The notes under the pieces: model-generated
The model's input: only the letters and a program-made list of their open reading frames with translations
What the model was told of the DNA's origin: nothing
The model's database searches: none
Assembly (NCBI GenBank): GCA_048882045.1
Contig: JBHLRZ010000031.1
Span: 15,675-40,714 of the forward strand
Length of the DNA stretch: 25,040 nucleotides
Direction: 5' to 3'
From: Candidatus Thorarchaeota archaeon
Lineage (GTDB): Archaea > Asgardarchaeota > Thorarchaeia > Thorarchaeales > Thorarchaeaceae
Made by a program: the position numbers and the translations under genes
Shown here: piece by piece, positions 1-7,152 of the stretch
Position numbering within the stretch: the stretch's first letter is position 1
Layout of the letters: each line of letters opens with the position of its first letter

Positions 1-594
1 GGGCTGCGAGAACTGGAGCGTGCAGTGAAAGAGAAGGGCTGTCTAGGGTGGAAGATGTATCCACCCCAAGGATTCTACCCAGACAACAAGGAGTTTGATC
101 CGTACTACGAGTTGTGTACGGAGTTGGGAATTCCAATTCTGATTCATCAGGGAGTCACTCCCAGGTTTAACTATCTGAAGTATGGCAGACCCGTCTTTGT
201 TGACAGAGTAGCGGTGGACTTTCCGAGCCTCAAGATAGTATTGGCTCATGTCGGGTACCCGTGGGTCAATGAAACCCTGACGGTAGCGAACAAAAATCCG
301 AACGTTTCTATAGATATCTCTGGATGGCAGTTGGCTGCTGCCTCCCGACCAATAAGGATGTACGAGATGATAGGGGAAGCGAAGTTCATGAGAGTGTTCC
401 CTCATCGGATGCTCTTCGGAAGCGACTATCCATTTTTTGAAGAAACTATGCCTCTCGAGAGGTGGGTTGACTTCTGCAAGGGGCTTCAAATGCCTTCTGA
501 ATTGATAGACATGGGCTACTCAAAGATAGAGGAGTATGAGATTGAACAATTGATGTGGAAAAACGCTGCAAGAATAATCTATGGTGAAAAATGA
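1..594 (+). CDS. Amidohydrolase family protein (Amidohydro_2 / TIM-barrel metal-dependent hydrolase), 5'-truncated by the window edge
   Basis: Frame 1 is open from base 1 (GLRELERAVKEKG...). Motifs GWKMYP, PILIHQG, KIVLAHVG, NVSIDIS and MLFGSDYP match Amidohydro_2. Confidence 0.9.
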   Translation, partial: GLRELERAVKEKGCLGWKMYPPQGFYPDNKEFDPYYELCTELGIPILIHQGVTPRFNYLKYGRPVFVDRVAVDFPSLKIVLAHVGYPWVNETLTVANKNPNVSIDISGWQLAAASRPIRMYEMIGEAKFMRVFPHRMLFGSDYPFFEETMPLERWVDFCKGLQMPSELIDMGYSKIEEYEIEQLMWKNAARIIYGEK

Positions 595-1079
595 TGAGAG
601 CATTCACTGTGGATGCAATGCTGGGAAAACTTGCACTCTGGCTGAGACTAACTGGTCATGATACTCGATTTGACACAGAAATGCACGATGATGAACTCCT
701 TGAGGTTTCGGTTGCTGAAGGTCGTGTTCTCATCACCTCAGATGCAGAACTCCACGAGCGTGCGCAGAATCTGAATCTCGAATCAATGCTCCTTAGAAGC
801 TCTGTTGATGAAGGGGTTGCTCAAGTCTTCTCTGAGTATGGGATTCCCCCAGAAGTCAATCCAGCGAAGTCTCGTTGTAGCAAGTGCAATGGTGGTCTCG
901 TAAACATAAAGGAAGCAGACAAGGAGCGAGTGCAGGGACTCGTCTTTGAGCAAACATTCAACTACTATGAGGTGTTCTGGTTATGTGAAAACTGTAACAG
1001 CGTCTTCTTCCAAGGGGGTCACTGGAAAAACATCGAGCTATACATGAGAAGGATTTCAGATCTTATGAAGAAGGCATGA
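591..1079 (+). CDS. Mut7-C RNase domain protein (PIN-like fold with Zn ribbon; DUF82)
   Basis: N-terminal VDAMLGKLALWLRLTGHDT, GRVLITSD, and SRCSKCNG...CENC...FQGGHW. Start overlaps the upstream stop (ATGA). Confidence 0.9.
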   Translation: MMRAFTVDAMLGKLALWLRLTGHDTRFDTEMHDDELLEVSVAEGRVLITSDAELHERAQNLNLESMLLRSSVDEGVAQVFSEYGIPPEVNPAKSRCSKCNGGLVNIKEADKERVQGLVFEQTFNYYEVFWLCENCNSVFFQGGHWKNIELYMRRISDLMKKA

Positions 1080-1539
1080 CCTCTCTCACAGAGGTGTTGT
1101 AGATAATTGGAATACATGACTTGATTGTACGAGTCAGATGGCAGTACTCCCTCATCAGCTCGACACATCTCTGACCGGTTTCTAGTTCATCCTCTCCTAC
1201 GACAACATCACAAGAGATTGAAAGGCTTGTTATCTTGTAGCCTTCGCCATCAAACTCAGCTGTTGATTTCCCTTCGAAATCTAGTGAGATGAGTTCCATC
1301 TCAAACCTTCGCTGAAAGTCAAGGAACGTGTTGTTCAAGCATCCAAGAACAGCTGACACAAAAATCTCGTCAGGGCAGATGCCCTCACCCCGACCACCAT
1401 AGGTCTTAGGAGTATCATAGAAAATTTGTCGGTCATCAGTAGCTGTGACTATTCCACCTGTTTTGCCATCCCATTTGCTCGTGGCATGATATTCAAGATA
1501 CTCGGGGTACCTAGACTTCGTCTTCATTCTCATCAGCAT
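1063..1539 (-). CDS. OsmC/Ohr family protein
   Basis: GGRGEGICPDEIFVSAVLGC...EYCHLTRTI gives the two-Cys OsmC pattern. Start placed at the ATG at 1539, which follows a GAGGAG SD; the ORF-track start at 1584 overlaps the divergent ORF. Confidence 0.85.
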   Translation of the reverse strand: MLMRMKTKSRYPEYLEYHATSKWDGKTGGIVTATDDRQIFYDTPKTYGGRGEGICPDEIFVSAVLGCLNNTFLDFQRRFEMELISLDFEGKSTAEFDGEGYKITSLSISCDVVVGEDELETGQRCVELMREYCHLTRTIKSCIPIIYNTSVREVMPSS

Positions 1540-1600
1540 TTTGAACTCCTCTGAGGCTTTGGTTAAGCATTGTGGTCGGGTCACGGACAGTCAGGAAGTC

Positions 1601-1608
1601 ATTTAAAC
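1601..1608 (+). promoter_or_regulatory. Putative archaeal TATA box for the dehydrogenase/Toprim transcript
   Basis: ATTTAAAC about 30 nt upstream of ATG 1638, in a divergent intergenic region. Confidence 0.45.
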
Positions 1609-1637
1609 GGACCATGAGAGCATGCTCTGGGATTGTC

Positions 1638-2681
1638 ATGTCTCGAAAGATGAAAGCCGCAATGTACTATGGTGTCGGTGATGTCCGTTACGAGGAAACG
1701 GATGTACCTGAGATTGGTCCCGGCGAACTCCTAATCAAGATCGGAACTGCACTCACCTGTGGGACTGATGTCAAGACCTACAAACGTGGTCATCCCCTCC
1801 TGATCAAGCACACTCCAGCCCTCTTCGGACACGAGTATGCAGGAGCAATTGAAGAAGTAGGAGAGGGAGTAGAAGACTTCAAGGTAGGGATGCGTGTCGT
1901 TGCAACCAACTCAGCTCCCTGTGGAGACTGTTTCTTCTGTAAGAGGGACATGCCAAATCTATGTGCAGATCTAAAGGACAGTCTTGTTAACGGAGCTTTT
2001 GCCGAGTATATCAGAGTTCCAAAGAAGGTCGTTCGTTGGAACACACATCAGATACCTGACTCACTGTCATTTCGGGATGCAGCACTCACTGAACCGCTGG
2101 CTTGTGTTGTTCATGGAATCGAGGAGGCCAACATCAAACTCGGAGATACAGTTGTGGTCATAGGTGCAGGTCCGATTGGTCAGATGCTAATAATGCTTGC
2201 AAAGAAGAACGGAGCCTCCAAAGTCATTGTTTCAGACCTTGCAGAGCTCAGGCGTAGCATCGCACTAAAAGCTGGAGCCGACATAGTCATTGATCCAGCG
2301 AAGGAAGACCCGATTGAAAGGGTGAAAGCTGAAACCAATGGCTTTGGAGCTGATGTAGTAATCGAAGCCGTTGGGATTCGTCAGACCTGGGAACAGGCAG
2401 TGGATATGACAAGGGATGCTGGAACGACAGTCCTGTTTGGTGGAGCTGCCTCTGGTACAAAGTTCGAGCTTGATACTGGTCGATTCCACTATGGACAACT
2501 CACCATCAAGGGTGTATTCCATCTCAAACCAAGGCATGTCGAACAGGCCCTGAAACTGATCATAGCAAGGGACGTAGACCCAGACCTCCTGATCTCTCAC
2601 GAGATGCCAATCGAGAAGATAGGTGAGGCTCTCGAGAAGATGGGTGCTGGTGAAACAATGAAGATATCCATCACACTATAA
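1638..2681 (+). CDS. Zinc-dependent medium-chain dehydrogenase (L-iditol/threonine dehydrogenase-like), NAD-dependent
   Basis: CGTD and GHE catalytic-Zn motifs, CGDCFFC..C structural-Zn motif, GAGPIG Rossmann motif followed by an Asp (VIVSD). Start moved to the ATG at 1638, downstream of a TTTAAA box at about 1602. Confidence 0.92.
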   Translation: MSRKMKAAMYYGVGDVRYEETDVPEIGPGELLIKIGTALTCGTDVKTYKRGHPLLIKHTPALFGHEYAGAIEEVGEGVEDFKVGMRVVATNSAPCGDCFFCKRDMPNLCADLKDSLVNGAFAEYIRVPKKVVRWNTHQIPDSLSFRDAALTEPLACVVHGIEEANIKLGDTVVVIGAGPIGQMLIMLAKKNGASKVIVSDLAELRRSIALKAGADIVIDPAKEDPIERVKAETNGFGADVVIEAVGIRQTWEQAVDMTRDAGTTVLFGGAASGTKFELDTGRFHYGQLTIKGVFHLKPRHVEQALKLIIARDVDPDLLISHEMPIEKIGEALEKMGAGETMKISITL

Positions 2682-2698
2682 CTTGACTAGGTGGTCAC

Positions 2699-3184
2699 TT
2701 GAGTAAGAAAGAAGAAGACTCGATGCGAGGGAAAGGAATCCACTATAGAACAATAGCGATTAAACTGAGGCGCCTAAGAAAACTCAATGAAAGTGAGCGA
2801 GCGCTCATAGAAACAATCCAGACCCTTGACTCCAAATATCCGCACCTGCTTATCATTGTTGAAGGAAAACGAGATGTGTCAGTCCTTCGAAACCTGGGTG
2901 TCAAGGCGCCAATCATAAAGACGCAGACTAGACTGTCAAGACCAAAGCTTATGGAAAAGATTGTGACAAAAGCTGGGGAGAGTGGACAAGTCCTCATTCT
3001 GACTGATTTTGACAAGAAGGGGAAAGAGATCTACAGGTTCATTGAGAAGGAACTCGAGCTCTGTAGCATCAAGAACCTGAAGAGGGTGCGTAGATTGATT
3101 CGGAAGTACATGGAAGATTGGACTACAATCGAGCAGATGGTGTCACTCTTCAAGAGGAAGGACTCGCCTGAAGCGAGTCTCTAG
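2699..3184 (+). CDS. Small stand-alone Toprim domain protein (RNase M5 / primase-like, COG1658)
   Basis: IIVEGKRD and ILTDFD Toprim motifs. TTG start with GGTGGT upstream. Confidence 0.85.
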   Translation: MSKKEEDSMRGKGIHYRTIAIKLRRLRKLNESERALIETIQTLDSKYPHLLIIVEGKRDVSVLRNLGVKAPIIKTQTRLSRPKLMEKIVTKAGESGQVLILTDFDKKGKEIYRFIEKELELCSIKNLKRVRRLIRKYMEDWTTIEQMVSLFKRKDSPEASL

Positions 3185-3194
3185 CATCTTGATA

Positions 3195-4226
3195 CTATAC
3201 TGTGACTTGACTACCGCAGTTGGAACAAATGAACTTTCCACCGGGGATCTCAGAACCACAGACTCTGCAGATCCTCGCTTTCTTCTGACGCATTGAATCT
3301 ACGATCTCTCCGGTCTGGGGCACCAGTGTGAATCTGTTGTCTGTATATGTCAGTCTGAACTCTCGCGGATTGCCAGCCAAGTCCAAGAGATCTGTTGGCA
3401 TGGGAAGTCTGTGTTTGTCATCAAGACGAACTATACGGGTTGTGTCAAGCGTATCCAAGTCAATTCCAGCCTGGTGGAATCCTGAGATGACCCCGTCACG
3501 GAGCTCAACTGTCACGTCAGCCTTGGATGCAACCTGCTGACTGTGGGTGACAATGAAGAATGAGGTCCCAATAGTTTCATTCAGTTCTTGAAACAGGTCC
3601 AGGATTCGCTCGCCGGTCTCGGGATCCAGGTCGCCAGTTGGCTCGTCACAAAGGACAAGTCCCTTACCTTCAGTATCAATCAGGTTGACAAGAGCACTAG
3701 CGATTGCAACACGCGACTTCTCTCCACCACTCAATGTGGTCGCACTGTTCCGCTTTCGCTCCTCAAGACCTACTAGCTTGATGAGTTTGTCAACACGTTC
3801 CTTCCTGATTTTCCGTGGTACTCCAGCAATTCTGGCTGCAAGTTCGACGTTCTGCCAAGCATTCAAATGAGGTAGTAGGTTGTTGAGCTGGAAGTGGAAA
3901 CCGATGAAGTTACGTCTTGCTTCAGTCAGGATTCTCTCACTCAATTTTGTGATGTCGGTCCTCAGGTTCGCCCAATAGACCTTACCGACAGTTGCCTTGG
4001 TTATTCCACCGATGACGTTGATCAGTGTGGTCTTTCCAGAACCACTAGGACCTACAACGGCCATTATCTTTCCTTCGAGGATTTGAAGTGATACACCACT
4101 AAGAGCGACAACTTCGAGTTCCTGAGCCTTGTAAATCTTGTAGCAATCATTCACGCTTACTACCACATCATCGGGTAGATCACTGTATAGGTCAAGTTCC
4201 TCTTCGACTTCAATTGTTGAATTCAT
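3195..4226 (-). CDS. ABC transporter ATP-binding protein (LolD/MacB type) with C-terminal AbrB-like and zinc-ribbon extension
   Basis: Walker A GPSGSGKT, signature LSGGE, Walker B LCDEPTGDLD, H-loop VTH. C-terminus CRVC...CSNC. Start at ATG 4226 behind a GAGGT SD. Confidence 0.92.
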   Translation of the reverse strand: MNSTIEVEEELDLYSDLPDDVVVSVNDCYKIYKAQELEVVALSGVSLQILEGKIMAVVGPSGSGKTTLINVIGGITKATVGKVYWANLRTDITKLSERILTEARRNFIGFHFQLNNLLPHLNAWQNVELAARIAGVPRKIRKERVDKLIKLVGLEERKRNSATTLSGGEKSRVAIASALVNLIDTEGKGLVLCDEPTGDLDPETGERILDLFQELNETIGTSFFIVTHSQQVASKADVTVELRDGVISGFHQAGIDLDTLDTTRIVRLDDKHRLPMPTDLLDLAGNPREFRLTYTDNRFTLVPQTGEIVDSMRQKKARICRVCGSEIPGGKFICSNCGSQVTV

Positions 4227-4236
4227 TCTTACTACC

Positions 4237-7143
4237 TCACATATTTCTGAGAACATCTGCAGGATCAGTATTCCCTGCTCTACGTGCGGGGAAGTAGCAC
4301 GCTCCAATCATGACTACACACTCCACAGCCACTGTTAGAAACATGACTGTCAGAGGGTAGGTGAACATCCTTGGAAGGATTGGCCAAACTGATGAGATTC
4401 CAAAGGTGAACAATGTCATTGTGTATCCGAATAAGAGTCCAAGCCCTAGACTTAGGAGGACCGCCGCCATCACACTGCCAGCAAACTCGCTAAAGACCAA
4501 TGACATCACCTGCCGTTTTGTCCCTCCAATCGCACGGAATAGGGCATATTCTGGCTCTCGGTCTTGTACAGCAGATCCTAGGAAGAGTACGATTGCAGCG
4601 ATACCCATTCCTGCGCACGTGATGAAACTGATCATTGTGAGACCCCCTAGTCCAGCTAGGAAGAGTCCAGCAACTGTGTTAGGCCCAAACTCCATACTTT
4701 CAGGGGTAAAGTATTCAATCCATTGATCTGTATCCAAGTACTGTAAGAGAGAGGATATGTCTTGAGTCGATGTTGTATCAAGAAGAAACAGATCGGCTGT
4801 GTCAAATCCAGATTCATAGGAGAGAAACTCGAAGTTAACAAATGCAAATCCTCCTCTTCCCGGTTGGAATCCAAAGTATGTTCCGAATGGAATACCTTCA
4901 AGGTCTCTTGTAGAAGCCATCCCAAATCCAGGGGCGCTGACCATTACTCCAACAATCTCAAAGCTTTCTAGGAGTCTGGTATCAATTGATGTAGGAATGG
5001 AGATATCGACTGTGTCTCCAATACTGACATTCCATTCCGAAGCATAGTAACGGCTGATAATGATGCCATTAGGTGTATTCTGAAGGGCAGTCAGAACGGT
5101 CTCATGAGTGGTCCCCACAAAGCTCGTTTCTTTGAAGACCCCCATTTCCAAATATATTGCGGCATCCAAGCCTTCGAGATAGAATCCCTCTGTGTCCTTA
5201 TATGACAATAATTCGAGTACTGGAGTTGCGGCTTCCACACCGTCATAGCTCATCAGGGTGTCTGTCCAGTCAAGAGGCTTGTCAAAGACCTCGATGCGTA
5301 GGTCAACACCAAGAGCATAGAGTGCTTCGTTCTCCATTGTGTCTTGGAAACTCGCAGTCTGAATCAGCATCATAGATGTTGTGGTCAATGTCATGGTCAA
5401 GATGACAAGGAGTGGGATGAACTGACCCTTCCGTCTCCTTAAACTCTGGGTCATATACAGTCTCTTTTCTCCCACGAGACGACCAACTCTCTCTGAAGCC
5501 CCTGCTGTGGCCAAGCGCATCGCTCTCGAGCCAAGGTATGATGCGGCAAAGAGTATCAATGCGCCTAGAAGTATCTCAACTAGAGCTATCTGACCAACTG
5601 GGTTGATCAGCATAGGCATTGCGAGAAGTAATGATAGAGCACCTCCCAGAGTAAGCACATAGTACCAAAGGTTCACTTCTTCGGGGACCTCATAGGTCAT
5701 CCTGGTTGTAGGTTGGCCAATTTCAGTAACGTCAATTCGTCTCGCAACATGAACTAGATATGCGGCTGGAAGGAAAAGAGCTATTGCAGCTGCAAGCCCT
5801 AGCGACTGATTAGGTATCAGTAGCTTTGATAGATACAGGTCATACCGAACTGGATCGAATGACAACAGACCATTAGACGATCCCATGAGAGGAGCCATTA
5901 CTGTTGCCAACAATATTCCTAAGACAAGTCCGGTTATTGTCAATACCAATGACTCGTATATGAAAGAAGAGAAGATCTGATTGAAGGATGCACCTTTGGC
6001 TCTGAGTGCACTAACTTCACCCTTCTTCTGCGAAACTGATGTTTCAGATGTAAACAGGGTCAACATCAGACTCATGATCATAATAGGAATCGCCAGTATT
6101 ACTAGTACTTGGCCAGAGAAATACGTGGATATGTGTAGCTGTAAGTCTTCCAAGAATTCTGAACCAATTATGTCGAGGACGGCATTACTCTCCTGAATCT
6201 GTTGCTTCAGCGAAAGTAGGTTGTATGCAGCACTTGAGGGACCAGCTGCAACCAGACCATCTGTGGAGCCGTGGAAGAACTCGACAGGAGAGAAGAATCC
6301 CCGATTTGTAATCTTCTCTATAGTTTCTATATCAAAGGTGTCTTCAAGAATCAGGATGGAATCCTGCAAACCCATAACAGCTTCAGGTCCCTCACCTTGC
6401 CAATCGGGACGAAGGACAGCGGGATATGATTGACTCAGAACTGACCAAGTCACGACTTCATAAATCCCCACTACTGTCAGGTTGGTCATGATGAGTCTAT
6501 CGAGCGGAAGGGGATCGAATGGAATTCTGGGATCTGGTACATAGTAATTGCGAAGAAGATCGATACCAATTACGTCTCCAATCTGGATTCTGTGTCCGTT
6601 GACCTCTTCAGCTGTATCAATGAAGCTTTGGGAAACGATGGTCTGATTATCTTTGAGGGTTCTGTTACCCGTCCATTCCAGTTCTGTGGACCAATCATCC
6701 AGGATTTCTGGAGTTACTGATATGACACGAGTGTCTTTGATTCCATTGGGTGCCACAACATCTGTGGGCCTGTATTCATCCCATTCTACAGTGACATTAG
6801 GAATTCGCAGGATACCAACAGTACTTGGAGTCATGTGTGCATACTCGATATAGGGGCTGGCTACCATCCACTCCTCAATTGCAAAAAGATCGCCATAATT
6901 CCGGTCTTCACCTGGGTCGAGTACACTGAACTGGTAGGGGTTGTTGTTCAGGAAATCCTCAACAGCTAATCGAGTACCAGTATTAGTCCAAGCAAAGACA
7001 GTAGTCGGGATTGCAACTGTTATTGCAAGAATGACTGCGATTCCGATGTTACGTGTCTTATGACTCTTCAGTGATGAGAGTGCGTGGCTCATGGCCCAAA
7101 GTCTATTGCCCTTCAAGATCCCTTTCTGTTTCTTCTTCGCCAC
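4237..7143 (-). CDS. Large FtsX/MacB-family ABC permease with two FtsX domains (968 aa)
   Basis: N-terminal TM, two large extracytoplasmic regions, FtsX-type motifs GEVSALRAKGAS and EYALFRAIGGTKRQV, and C-terminal PARRAGNTDPADVLR. Confidence 0.92.
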   Translation of the reverse strand: MAKKKQKGILKGNRLWAMSHALSSLKSHKTRNIGIAVILAITVAIPTTVFAWTNTGTRLAVEDFLNNNPYQFSVLDPGEDRNYGDLFAIEEWMVASPYIEYAHMTPSTVGILRIPNVTVEWDEYRPTDVVAPNGIKDTRVISVTPEILDDWSTELEWTGNRTLKDNQTIVSQSFIDTAEEVNGHRIQIGDVIGIDLLRNYYVPDPRIPFDPLPLDRLIMTNLTVVGIYEVVTWSVLSQSYPAVLRPDWQGEGPEAVMGLQDSILILEDTFDIETIEKITNRGFFSPVEFFHGSTDGLVAAGPSSAAYNLLSLKQQIQESNAVLDIIGSEFLEDLQLHISTYFSGQVLVILAIPIMIMSLMLTLFTSETSVSQKKGEVSALRAKGASFNQIFSSFIYESLVLTITGLVLGILLATVMAPLMGSSNGLLSFDPVRYDLYLSKLLIPNQSLGLAAAIALFLPAAYLVHVARRIDVTEIGQPTTRMTYEVPEEVNLWYYVLTLGGALSLLLAMPMLINPVGQIALVEILLGALILFAASYLGSRAMRLATAGASERVGRLVGEKRLYMTQSLRRRKGQFIPLLVILTMTLTTTSMMLIQTASFQDTMENEALYALGVDLRIEVFDKPLDWTDTLMSYDGVEAATPVLELLSYKDTEGFYLEGLDAAIYLEMGVFKETSFVGTTHETVLTALQNTPNGIIISRYYASEWNVSIGDTVDISIPTSIDTRLLESFEIVGVMVSAPGFGMASTRDLEGIPFGTYFGFQPGRGGFAFVNFEFLSYESGFDTADLFLLDTTSTQDISSLLQYLDTDQWIEYFTPESMEFGPNTVAGLFLAGLGGLTMISFITCAGMGIAAIVLFLGSAVQDREPEYALFRAIGGTKRQVMSLVFSEFAGSVMAAVLLSLGLGLLFGYTMTLFTFGISSVWPILPRMFTYPLTVMFLTVAVECVVMIGACYFPARRAGNTDPADVLRNM

Positions 7144-7152
7144 ATTCTCACC

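Noticed and set aside
43-489. 148-aa antisense ORF over the amidohydrolase
   Set aside because: Shadow ORF with no motif support.
1572-1637. Extended N-termini of the dehydrogenase and OsmC ORFs that overlap each other
   Set aside because: This is the divergent promoter region; family similarity begins at the downstream ATGs.
591-3184. Anti-phage defence island (PIN-like RNase plus Toprim)
   Set aside because: Both are common stand-alone archaeal genes, separated by metabolic genes, with no partner ATPase, helicase or antitoxin.
4227-4307. N-terminal extension of the ATPase given by the ORF track (start 4307)
   Set aside because: It overlaps the permease 3' end, and the ATG at 4226 has a GAGGT SD.
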